64,000 nt of DNA from an uncultured bacterium (GTDB lineage Bacteria > Acidobacteriota > HRBIN11 > JAKEFK01), in contig CAVZQN010000008.1 of NCBI GenBank assembly GCA_963777505.1, forward strand, positions 96,001-160,000. Direction: 5' to 3'. The translations under genes and the position numbers were made by a program. Below are positions 20,600-29,483 of this stretch, piece by piece. Each line of letters begins with the position of its first letter. The first letter of the stretch is position 1. The notes below the pieces were generated by a model. That model ran no database searches. It saw only the letters and a list, made by a program, of their open reading frames with translations, and had not been told where the DNA came from.

Positions 20600-22468
20600 T
20601 TATTGCACGCAAACTTCTGCAACATTCAGTGAGGTAAACCTGGATTGATATCCGAAGGTTCCCGATTGAAGATTACCGCGGGGTGGAGTTGTTATGACTG
20701 GAGTACCATCGATCGAAACAATGATATTCGTTCCATCAAACTCTACATCGACCGTGTAGAAAGTATTCGCTGCAAAATCAAAATTAGTTTTTACTTTCTG
20801 ACGGCGGACTCCATTTTCTTTTTCTACTAATACGATTTTGCCAGTGCTCGACTTAATCTGAATTTCTAACGTGTTCTTTTTGTTAACGAAATGAGTCAGG
20901 ATCCACGCTTTGGTTGTAGTCGCGCCGGTAATTGAGATGACCGAACGGAATCTGCAAGTTAAACATCCTGTAAAAGTAAAAGGCGCAGTAACAACAGCCT
21001 TTTTGCCTGTTGGAGTACCAACCAGATTTCCTCCAGTTTCAACCCAGGACGGTTTAACGACAATCCAATCAAAAATTCCATTTTCAAAATCATCCACAAA
21101 GAGCCCACTGCAACTAACTCCTGCAACAATGATTGTGTAGCCACGGCTGCCGCTGCATCCACCCGCATCTGTGGCAGTCACTGTGAATGAAAAACTTCCG
21201 CTGACTGTTGGTGTGCCTGAAATAACACCTGTTGTTGGATGCAATGAAAGTCCTTGAGGTAATGCACCGTTACTGATGCTGAAAACGATTGGCGCAATAC
21301 CACCAGCAACTGAAACGCTTTCGGAATAGGGAGTCCCGAGAGTACCGTCAGGCAATGATGAAGGTGACACTACGATGGCAAGACCAGGCGGGACAAAACG
21401 TACGGCACCAGCACCTCGGCCCGGACCATTTAAATTAACGGCATGCGCTACTGCACCTGTTGCCGTAAAAGGAGCTTCAACAAATGCAGCCATTAGATCG
21501 GTTTGAGTCGTACCGCTATTTCCTGTAAGGATTGCTAGCTGTCCGTCACTGCTGATCCCAATATCTTCAAACCCAAGTGTTCCTCCAAGTGGCGGCAATG
21601 GAATCTGCTCAAAAGTAGAAGACGATGTAAATGGTGCAGCGACTGCAAACACACGAGCGAACGTAGCTGAAACGACAAGCGCTGTATTTCCATCAGGCGT
21701 GATGTTGATTCCATCCGGCGCCACCGCTAAAGGAATTGGAAGGAATTGAGGCGTGGAAGCGGCTGAAAATGGCGCAGTAAAAATTCTGATTCCTGAAGTA
21801 GAAAGATCCGTTACAAGCAATTTATCCCCTGCAGGATTGATTGCGATCGCTCCGCTTAAATTGTTGAAGCTCACCGGAATCGTGAACGCAATGCTTGTAT
21901 AAGGCGGATCAAGAACGGAAATACCTGCGGAATGATAGACGTATGCACGACTGTTCGCATCAAACACGATCGCTTGTGTTTGATAACTTTGAACGCCTCC
22001 CGGCAGTGTCACCTGCGTAATTGTGGATGACGAATCAAATGGCGCATGAATCACATTTAAGGTGACTGAAAAACCGATTGCCAGCGCATGTGAAAGACCT
22101 GGCGCAACAGCGATCGTACCTGTTCCGTTATAATTCGGCGCGGTATTAATTGTTGAAAGCAATGATGCATTCGATACATCAACCACAAATACGCGCGAGT
22201 TATTGAAATCAGAAACTAAAGCGCGATTACAGCCGAAATAAGAAACACCGTGCGGATCAGCGTTTGCCGGTAGTCCCGTCACATTCATTTGAGTGGGATT
22301 TGGCAAAGCGCTATCCGGAGTAGGAAAAACAATTGCTAAAGATCCATCTCCAGCAGTTCCAATAATCGCTTGACCCATTGCTACCACTGGAATCAAAAAT
22401 GCAAAAAGGCTGCAAAGAACAAGTGCTTTCGAAAAAACTTTTTGTGTAAGCCTTAGAATCCTGATCAT
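20600..22468 (-). CDS. Secreted beta-propeller + putative Ig (He_PIG) + C-terminal lectin-like domain protein
   Basis: GGAGG RBS and signal peptide. Propeller-like repeats (DGINITPDG, DIGISSDG), Ig-like GALPQGLSL..GVISGTPT..FTVTATD, C-terminal DDFE..FDG..IDG beta domain. Confidence 0.75.
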   Translation of the reverse strand: MIRILRLTQKVFSKALVLCSLFAFLIPVVAMGQAIIGTAGDGSLAIVFPTPDSALPNPTQMNVTGLPANADPHGVSYFGCNRALVSDFNNSRVFVVDVSNASLLSTINTAPNYNGTGTIAVAPGLSHALAIGFSVTLNVIHAPFDSSSTITQVTLPGGVQSYQTQAIVFDANSRAYVYHSAGISVLDPPYTSIAFTIPVSFNNLSGAIAINPAGDKLLVTDLSTSGIRIFTAPFSAASTPQFLPIPLAVAPDGINITPDGNTALVVSATFARVFAVAAPFTSSSTFEQIPLPPLGGTLGFEDIGISSDGQLAILTGNSGTTQTDLMAAFVEAPFTATGAVAHAVNLNGPGRGAGAVRFVPPGLAIVVSPSSLPDGTLGTPYSESVSVAGGIAPIVFSISNGALPQGLSLHPTTGVISGTPTVSGSFSFTVTATDAGGCSGSRGYTIIVAGVSCSGLFVDDFENGIFDWIVVKPSWVETGGNLVGTPTGKKAVVTAPFTFTGCLTCRFRSVISITGATTTKAWILTHFVNKKNTLEIQIKSSTGKIVLVEKENGVRRQKVKTNFDFAANTFYTVDVEFDGTNIIVSIDGTPVITTPPRGNLQSGTFGYQSRFTSLNVAEVCVQ

Positions 22469-22590
22469 ACTTCCTCCTATTTTCAAATCGCAGTCGAAAA
22501 GAAAAGTGCGCAACGAATTATTGCGTTGTCTGCCGGGTTGAAGAACTGCCAATCGGTATGAAAGACGCCATAACTTTCGACAGGTCTCGC

Positions 22591-22619
22591 TTGATCTTCG
22601 CTTTTTCTTCGCCTATGAT
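22591..22619 (+). promoter_or_regulatory. Sigma70 promoter of dnaE2 with a direct-repeat operator in the spacer
   Basis: TTGATC-17 nt-TATGAT. CTTCGC-N5-CTTCGC (CTTC-N7-CTTC) at 22596-22612. Confidence 0.7.
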
Positions 22620-22667
22620 GTCAGTCGGAGGAACCGGCGAGGTAGAGTCTTTTTTCTACAGCCCCGT

Positions 22668-25600
22668 GTGGAAGAGTTGTATACGCATCTTCATATACAC
22701 AGCGCATTTTCTTTGCTTGAAGGGGCATTCAGCATCCCACAATTGTTGTTTCGCGCCCAGGAAATGCAAATGCCTGTGGTTACTCTTACAGATACAAACG
22801 GATTGTATGGTGCTATCACCTTTTATAAATTCGCAAAACAACTTGGGATCAAACCGATTATCGGTTGTTGTTTGAAATCGGAAGATGGCTCCGCAGTTTT
22901 AATCGCAAAAAATATATTAGGCTTCTGTCAGATTTCGCAGATTGTAACAGCCCGCCACCTGGTTGAAAAATTTTCGCTTCGCAAAGATCTCCAAAAACTC
23001 GCCTATACTTCCGATCCACAGATATTTGTAATTTCATCCGATGAAACTTTGCTTCAAGCTCTGGCGGCTAATTGTTGGGATTTATCTCACTTATTTGTTG
23101 AGCTTGTTCGGGCGAACGGTAAGGCTGAAGAAAAAAAACTCCGTAGATTGTGCGACCTTGCCAGTCACTTACGGATCGGCGTTGTGGCAACAAATGATGT
23201 TCATTTTTTGCATCCACCAGACCATTTACTTCATCGCATTCTGACTGCAGTTGGCAATTTATCTCACTGGATGGACTCTTCTCTACCCATCACAACGGAA
23301 GAATGCTGGCTTAAAACACCGGATCAAATGGAATCACTGTTTTCGGATTTGCCTGAAGCTCTGCAAAATACAGTTCTAATTGCAGAACAGTGTGATCTGA
23401 ATCTTGAACTCGGCAAATATACATTCCCTGAATTTCATCCACCCGATGGAAAACCTTCATCGGAATTTTTTGAAACGTTATGCCGCAATGGATTGCGTGC
23501 ACGTTACAACAAAATTCCAGCTGAAGCAGAAGATCGTTTGCGCCGTGAATTGGAAGTTGTTCGAAGACTTGGATTCGCAGAATATTTTCTGGTTGTCTGG
23601 GACATTTTGCGATATGCGCGTGAGCAAAATATCCATTGGGTCGGACGCGGCTCCGCAGCAAACAGCATTGTTTCCTATGCGCTTGGAATTACAAATGTAG
23701 ATCCGGTTCGATACAACCTGTTTTTCGAACGTTTCTTAAATCCTGAACGTAAATCTCCGCCTGATATTGATGTGGACTTCGGCTGGAAAGAACGCGATCA
23801 AATCCTGGCTTACGTTTATGAACGTTATGGGCATGATCGCGTCGCGATGATCTGTACATATGTTACGTTCAGCGCTCGCCTTGCGGTGCGTGAAATCGGT
23901 AAAGCGATGGGGTTACCTGATGAGGAAATTACAGCAGTATCTTCCAGGCTTCCTTATGGCGCCGACGCAAAAGCGTTGCTTCAAGATCCTTCGCAATTTC
24001 CAGAAGCCCGCGATTTGCCATTGGATCAAGAACCATTTCGGCAAATTCTCCGGCTTGCCGCACACATCGATGGATTTCCGCGGCATCTTTCAATTCATGC
24101 GGGAGGTATTGTTATTGCGCCTTATCCAATTACTCAAATGGTTCCGCTTCAACGGGCAGCCAAAGGATTAGTGGTCACTCAATATGACATGTACGGAGTG
24201 GAAGATATCGGATTGGTGAAAATTGATTTGCTGGCACAACGGTCACTGTCAGTGTTCGATGATGTAATAAAAATTCTGAAATCCAGAAATGGTTCTTCAG
24301 GTGCCTTAATTCAGAACCTTTACGATTATGACTTTCTGGAAAACGATTGCAGAGTCAAAGAATTAGTGCGGACCGGAAACACAATTGGTTGTTTCTACAT
24401 CGAATCACCTGCAATGAGACAGCTTTTGCAAAAATTGCGAGTTGATAATTTCGAAGATCTGACTGCGGCAAGTTCGGTGATCCGCCCTGGAGTCGCAGAA
24501 AGCGGAATGATGCAGCAATACATCCGCAGAAAAACTGGAGAAGAGCCTGTCTCATATCTTCATCCGAAAATGGAATCACTGTTGAGCGAAACCTGCGGAG
24601 TCATGATCTACCAGGAAGATGTAATTCGAGTCGCTCATGAGATTGCAGGAATGAGTCTGGGTGAAGCTGATTTATTAAGACGGGCAATGAGTGGGAAAGA
24701 ACGTTCACCGATAAAAATGGATGAGATGGAACGTCAGTTTTTGGAAAAAGCAACTGCGAAAAAAGTTGATCCTGATATTGCAAAAGAAATCTGGCGGCAA
24801 ATTTCGAGCTTCGCAGCCTATGCATTTTGCAAAGCTCATAGCGCATCGTTTGCACAACTTTCGCTTCAGGTCACATATTTACGCGCATATTATCCAGCCG
24901 ATTTCATGGCAGCCGTACTTACAAATCAAGGCGGCTTCTATACAACGATGTCTTATATCGAAGAATCACGACGCATGGGATTGCGAATTCTTCCTCCTGA
25001 CGTGCAAAAAGGTGAATTCTTTTACACAGCTGAAGGACCGCATGCGATTCGGGTTGGACTCATGCAAGTAAAAGATGTAGCAGCGAAACACTGGGAAGCA
25101 TTTCATGAAGAACGCGCAAAGGAACAATTCGAAAACTTTACAGATTTTCTGCTGCGTACACAATTTAATGAAGCCGAGCTGGAAAATCTAATTAAGTGCG
25201 GCGCATGCGATTCGTTTGCATTGAACAGGCCGCAAATGTTGTGGGTCCTGAAGGCCACATTTTCTTCCATCGTTCAACAGCGAAATCGTTCAAGTCTTAT
25301 CGGAGCTTCAATCATTCGTACTCCGAATGCGCCAAGATTGCGGGACTATACTGACGATCAAAAACTCAGGTGGGAGCTTCAATTGCTCGATGTGGGCGTA
25401 ACAAAACATCCATTACATTTGTTTAAACCATGGAAGCAAGTACGGAATTTTGTACCAGCAAAACATTTGAAAGATTATAAAGATGAATATGTTCAGCTGA
25501 TCGGATGGCTTGTCACAACAAAACCATCCAGCACACGCAAGAATGAACGGATGCTATTTGCAACGTTTGAAGATACTGAAACTTTATTCGAAACCACTCT

Positions 25601-25721
25601 GTTCCCACGCACCTACAACAAATGCGCCCACCTGTTGGTAAACAGAGGACCGTATCTGGTACAAGGAAATGTGAATGAAGACCACGGCGTATTCAGCCTG
25701 AATGTTGAGGAGTACGACTGA
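22668..25721 (+). CDS. dnaE2: DNA polymerase III alpha subunit, error-prone DnaE2 type
   Basis: PHP domain (HLHIHSAFSLLEG, ATNDVH), GRGSAANS, PDIDVD, FPRHLSIHAGG, KIDLL, FCKAHSASF, short OB-fold end. About 1017 aa. The last codons may be shifted. Confidence 0.88.
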   Translation: MEELYTHLHIHSAFSLLEGAFSIPQLLFRAQEMQMPVVTLTDTNGLYGAITFYKFAKQLGIKPIIGCCLKSEDGSAVLIAKNILGFCQISQIVTARHLVEKFSLRKDLQKLAYTSDPQIFVISSDETLLQALAANCWDLSHLFVELVRANGKAEEKKLRRLCDLASHLRIGVVATNDVHFLHPPDHLLHRILTAVGNLSHWMDSSLPITTEECWLKTPDQMESLFSDLPEALQNTVLIAEQCDLNLELGKYTFPEFHPPDGKPSSEFFETLCRNGLRARYNKIPAEAEDRLRRELEVVRRLGFAEYFLVVWDILRYAREQNIHWVGRGSAANSIVSYALGITNVDPVRYNLFFERFLNPERKSPPDIDVDFGWKERDQILAYVYERYGHDRVAMICTYVTFSARLAVREIGKAMGLPDEEITAVSSRLPYGADAKALLQDPSQFPEARDLPLDQEPFRQILRLAAHIDGFPRHLSIHAGGIVIAPYPITQMVPLQRAAKGLVVTQYDMYGVEDIGLVKIDLLAQRSLSVFDDVIKILKSRNGSSGALIQNLYDYDFLENDCRVKELVRTGNTIGCFYIESPAMRQLLQKLRVDNFEDLTAASSVIRPGVAESGMMQQYIRRKTGEEPVSYLHPKMESLLSETCGVMIYQEDVIRVAHEIAGMSLGEADLLRRAMSGKERSPIKMDEMERQFLEKATAKKVDPDIAKEIWRQISSFAAYAFCKAHSASFAQLSLQVTYLRAYYPADFMAAVLTNQGGFYTTMSYIEESRRMGLRILPPDVQKGEFFYTAEGPHAIRVGLMQVKDVAAKHWEAFHEERAKEQFENFTDFLLRTQFNEAELENLIKCGACDSFALNRPQMLWVLKATFSSIVQQRNRSSLIGASIIRTPNAPRLRDYTDDQKLRWELQLLDVGVTKHPLHLFKPWKQVRNFVPAKHLKDYKDEYVQLIGWLVTTKPSSTRKNERMLFATFEDTETLFETTLFPRTYNKCAHLLVNRGPYLVQGNVNEDHGVFSLNVEEYD

Positions 25722-25724
25722 ATC

Positions 25725-26185
25725 TGAACGATCAAAGAGGAAACAGAAAGTGAAATCAAAAGCTCACAGAACGAAGGATTAGATCTTAGAAAAAGAACAA
25801 AGGATTTTGCGTTAAGAATCATCCGCCTATACAAAGCACTTCCCAAGACAAATGAAGCTCGAATTTTGGGCTATCAGGTGCTCAGAAGCGGAACTTCCAT
25901 TGGCGCCAACTTTCGAGAAGGGGTTCGAGCGCGTTCCTCAGCAGAATTTGTGAGCAAGATGGAAACTGCATTGCAGGAGTTGGAAGAAACAATGTATTGG
26001 TTAGAGTTATTGCAAGAAATTGGTGCTATTCAAGCATATCGATTGGAAAAACTCATAAAAGAAGCAGATGAACTAACAGCTATTCTTGTAACTTCCGTAA
26101 AAACAGTAAAACGCCGCCACTTGAACGTCAAATAGATCTGTCTTCAAAAGATCCTTTCCTCTTTCATCGTTCATCTTTCATCGTT
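25725..26185. mobile_element. IVS-like cassette: four-helix-bundle gene between inverted heptamer-repeat arms
   Basis: TGAACGATCAAAGAGGAAA (25725-25743) pairs 18/19 with TTTCCTCTTTCATCGTTCA (26155-26173). The right arm continues as TTTCATC/GTTCATC heptamers. Confidence 0.55.
25750..26135 (+). CDS. Four-helix-bundle protein (23S rRNA intervening-sequence protein / S23 family)
   Basis: DLRKRTKDFALRIIRLYKALP..QVLRSGTSIGANFREG..ARSSAEF..ELEETMYWLELL..EADELTAIL. The GTG at 25750 has an RBS but is out of frame by one base. Confidence 0.85.
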
Positions 26186-26189
26186 AAAC

Positions 26190-26218
26190 AAAAAAGCCCT
26201 GGAATGAACCAGGGCTTT
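26190..26218 (-). terminator. Rho-independent terminator
   Basis: AAAGCCCTGG-N6-CCAGGGCTTT with a U-tract on the minus strand. Confidence 0.85.
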
Positions 26219-26290
26219 AAAAGTTTCCCAGCATCTCCATGAGCCACAGGCTAAATAAGGAGGAACCGGCAGCTCAAAAGGAGTAAATAT

Positions 26291-26350
26291 CTATTTCTTC
26301 TTTGCCGGTGATTTTTTCTTGGCTGCCTTTTTTCCTTTCTTTTTTGCCAT
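26291..26350 (-). CDS. 19-aa lysine-rich peptide MAKKKGKKAAKKKSPAKKK
   Basis: AAAGGAGG RBS 6 nt before the ATG, TAG stop, own terminator downstream. Too short for the ORF track. Confidence 0.75.
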   Translation of the reverse strand: MAKKKGKKAAKKKSPAKKK

Positions 26351-26449
26351 TCATTTCCTCCTTTGGCTTTTCCCTGATCCACAAAAGATCGGGAAAGTTA
26401 AAATTAGTTACACTATATATAGTATAAAAGGGTGACTCAGGTCAATACT

Positions 26450-27175
26450 GTGAATGAAGAAAAATATTCGGTTGATAGTATTTGGGATCCAACGATCAAA
26501 ATTCAGCAATCGCGAAAAGGGTATCGTTTCGCGATTGATTCAGTTTTGCTTGCGCATTTTCTTCGATTAAATTCTGATGAAGAAGCGTTAGAAATCGGTT
26601 GTGGAAACGGAATTATTCTTGTTCTGCTTTCGCATTTGCAGAAATATAAACGACTGATTGGTGTGGAAATTCAAAATGAATTAGCCGAGCTTGCCCGCTT
26701 GAATATAAAAAACAATCACGCGGAAAAAGTGGAAATTATCGAGGCTGATGCTCTTGAACTTTCAGAAAGACTTCAGAAGAATTCATTCCATCTACTTTAT
26801 TCAAACCCTCCCTATCGAAAAGTCGGAACAGGCAGACTCAATCCATCAACAGAAAAAGCCCTCGCGCGTCATGAAGTGCGATTCAAGCTAAAAGATCTAC
26901 TGAATCTTGCGGAAGAATTTCTAATCGATCGCGGCCGGCTTAGTGTAATTCTTCCTTCGTTTCGTGAAGAAGATTGGATGAAGTTACTGGGAGCGACTCA
27001 ATATTTCGTTCAAACCCGGCAATATGTATATTCATTTCCCAATGCTCCGCCTGCCTTTATTTTGCTAACTGTTGCCAAACACGAATCGACAATCGACGAA
27101 AAGCACCCACTAACAATCTATACACAACCTGGAAAATACACACACGAAATGGCTGCATTGCTCACAAAGCAGTAA
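26450..27175 (+). CDS. tRNA1(Val) A37-N6 methyltransferase (YfiC/TrmN6-like)
   Basis: GYRFAIDSVLLA, EIGCGNG, GVEIQ, SNPPY, ARHE. Confidence 0.85.
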   Translation: MNEEKYSVDSIWDPTIKIQQSRKGYRFAIDSVLLAHFLRLNSDEEALEIGCGNGIILVLLSHLQKYKRLIGVEIQNELAELARLNIKNNHAEKVEIIEADALELSERLQKNSFHLLYSNPPYRKVGTGRLNPSTEKALARHEVRFKLKDLLNLAEEFLIDRGRLSVILPSFREEDWMKLLGATQYFVQTRQYVYSFPNAPPAFILLTVAKHESTIDEKHPLTIYTQPGKYTHEMAALLTKQ

Positions 27176-27221
27176 CCGAGAGCTTTCAAACCAACCCCCT
27201 TCGTGGTATATAACATGGCTC

Positions 27222-28034
27222 ATGTTTCAGAGTCTACGAAATCTATATCGGTACCGGACACTCGTTCACAGTATGGTTGTCCGAGAACTAAAAGCGCGTT
27301 ATCGCGGATCAATACTCGGCTTCTTCTGGTCTTTCATCAATCCGCTTTTGCTTCTGATGGTTTATACAATTGTGTTCAATTACATTCTTCCAAACCGTGG
27401 AGTTGAACTTCAACCTTATGCCTTGTTTTTGTTTTGCGGATTATTGCCGTGGACATGGTTTTCATCTGCCTTGCTCGAAGCCTCTAATGTCATTATTGCA
27501 GGCGGAACTTTAATTAAGAAGATTATCTTTCCTGCAGAAGTCCTCCCATTTGTTTCCGTAATTGCAAACATGATCCACTTTCTTTTGGGAACACCGATTC
27601 TTTTTGCATTCATCTTGATCTATAAAGTCCCATTAAGCTGGAATGCACTTTTCTTTCCTTTAATTATTTTTATTCAACTGATACTCACGCTTGGATTTTC
27701 ACTTTGGATTTCATCCTTAAGCGTGCATTTTCGTGATTTGCGTGACATTCTAGCAAACTTACTAACGCTCTGGTTTTTTTGCACGCCAGTTATTTATCCT
27801 TTTAATCTCTCGTTGATTCAGGATTCCCAACATTTGATCGCGCGTATTTTTAAACACGTACTCTATTTGAACCCTGTTTCTTATTTAATGGATGCGTATC
27901 ATCAATCTCTTTTTCACGGACATTTACCTGATTTTCGTCGTCTGGGAATCGTTTTTTTGGTGAGTATTGCGGTCTTTCTCTCTGGCTATTTTGTTTTCGA
28001 TAGATTGCGTGACACCTTTGCTGAGGAAGTTTAA
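27222..28034 (+). CDS. wzm: Polysaccharide ABC transporter permease
   Basis: RELKARYRGSILGFFWSFINPL, FRDL, TPVIYP, LNP. Confidence 0.92.
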   Translation: MFQSLRNLYRYRTLVHSMVVRELKARYRGSILGFFWSFINPLLLLMVYTIVFNYILPNRGVELQPYALFLFCGLLPWTWFSSALLEASNVIIAGGTLIKKIIFPAEVLPFVSVIANMIHFLLGTPILFAFILIYKVPLSWNALFFPLIIFIQLILTLGFSLWISSLSVHFRDLRDILANLLTLWFFCTPVIYPFNLSLIQDSQHLIARIFKHVLYLNPVSYLMDAYHQSLFHGHLPDFRRLGIVFLVSIAVFLSGYFVFDRLRDTFAEEV

Positions 28035-28037
28035 GAC

Positions 28038-29327
28038 ATGAATGCTGTTGAAGTTGAAAATGTCTCGAAGTTCTACAAGCGGTCCGCACACAAGAGACAA
28101 TTTCAAACGCTGAAAAGCGCAATGCTGGGTGGGAATTTATTTGAGACTCTTACTCCGAAGGAAGCATATGCAGCGCTGAAAAACGTCAATTGTTCGATTC
28201 CCAAAGGCTCGATGTTTGGGATCATTGGCAGCAACGGTTCTGGTAAAAGCACATTACTGAAACTAATTGCAGGAATTTCAAAACCAACATTCGGAAAGAT
28301 TACAAGCCATGGAAAAATTTCAGCATTAATCGAACTGGGTGCAGGATTCCATCCGGAAATCAGTGGCGGGGAAAACATCTTTATTAATGGAATTATGTTG
28401 GGACTTTCACGCAAATCGATCACGGAAAGATATGACGACATTGTGAAGTTTGCTGAGCTTGAAGAATTTATTGATCAGCCGGTAAAAACATATTCGTCCG
28501 GAATGTTCATGAGGTTAGGGTTCGCGGTCGCGGTGAATGTTGATCCCGATATTCTTCTGATCGATGAAGTACTCGCTGTTGGTGACGAAGCGTTTGCTCA
28601 CAAATGTTTGGACAAGATTCTGGATTTCAAAAAACGGAACAAAACAATGATTCTTGTCACTCATTCCATGGCAATGATTGAACTTCTGTGTGATTCGGCA
28701 ATGTGGCTGAAAAAAGGGGAAATGATGAAGATCGGGGACCCGCGAATGGTCTGCGGTGCTTACTTGATGGATGTTGAAGGAAAAGAGGAAAAGGATTTGC
28801 AGGCACAACATCAGCAGCTCACTGAAACACTGGCAGCCACAGTTCAAGATCAAGAGGATGGTGTTCGCGAATCACGATGGGGTGGAGGGGAAATTCAAAT
28901 TACAAAAGTGCAGTTATTAGATTCCCAGGATCAGGAAAAGCATGTATACGCTACGGGTGAACCGATGCAAATCAAGCTGTTCTTATCTGCGAAGACGGCG
29001 GTAGATGATTTCGTTTTCGGTATTGGAATTTTCAATGGCGAAGGTGTTTGCTGCTACGGAACTAATACTCACATTGAAGAATATGAACCGGTTGAATTGC
29101 GTGGTTCAGCCGAGGTCACTTTTCATATTGATCAGCTCAATTTAGTTGAAGGAACTTATTATTTAGACGTTGCGGCTCATCGCCGTGATGAATACCCTTA
29201 TGACTACCACCGTCATCTGTATACTTTCAAAGTACGATCCCGCCAAAAAGATGTTGGAGTTTTCCGGCCAAATCATAGCTGGCAATTCTCCCCCAACATC
29301 AAGTTCAAGACCCGTAATACTCAATAG
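28038..29327 (+). CDS. wzt: Polysaccharide ABC transporter ATPase with Wzt C-terminal domain
   Basis: GSNGSGKST, YSSGM, IDEVLAVGD, plus a C-terminal Ig-like domain. Confidence 0.93.
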   Translation: MNAVEVENVSKFYKRSAHKRQFQTLKSAMLGGNLFETLTPKEAYAALKNVNCSIPKGSMFGIIGSNGSGKSTLLKLIAGISKPTFGKITSHGKISALIELGAGFHPEISGGENIFINGIMLGLSRKSITERYDDIVKFAELEEFIDQPVKTYSSGMFMRLGFAVAVNVDPDILLIDEVLAVGDEAFAHKCLDKILDFKKRNKTMILVTHSMAMIELLCDSAMWLKKGEMMKIGDPRMVCGAYLMDVEGKEEKDLQAQHQQLTETLAATVQDQEDGVRESRWGGGEIQITKVQLLDSQDQEKHVYATGEPMQIKLFLSAKTAVDDFVFGIGIFNGEGVCCYGTNTHIEEYEPVELRGSAEVTFHIDQLNLVEGTYYLDVAAHRRDEYPYDYHRHLYTFKVRSRQKDVGVFRPNHSWQFSPNIKFKTRNTQ

Positions 29328-29332
29328 CACCG

Positions 29333-29431
29333 GATGCTAGATGCTGGATGGTAAGCACGTGCCAAGGAACTAATCAAGACTCAAGAATGTGAATCGTGCC
29401 GAGCATCAAGCATCCAGCATGAAGCATCGAG
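29333..29431. repeat. Family D inverted heptamer arms with no internal gene
   Basis: GATGCTA GATGCTG GATG ... AGCATCA AGCATCC AGCATGA AGCATCG, with an inner GCACG/CGTGC stem. Confidence 0.75.
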
Positions 29432-29483
29432 TTGAACCTATGGCCTCTCATCCTTAAACTTAATCTGGAGCGTTCCTCCATTT

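Noticed and set aside
25750-26135. Diversity-generating retroelement (Avd-like gene)
   Set aside because: No reverse transcriptase and no TR/VR pair seen; the motifs fit the IVP/S23 family.
29333-29431. CRISPR array
   Set aside because: Units are 7 nt with no unique spacers, and no cas genes are present.
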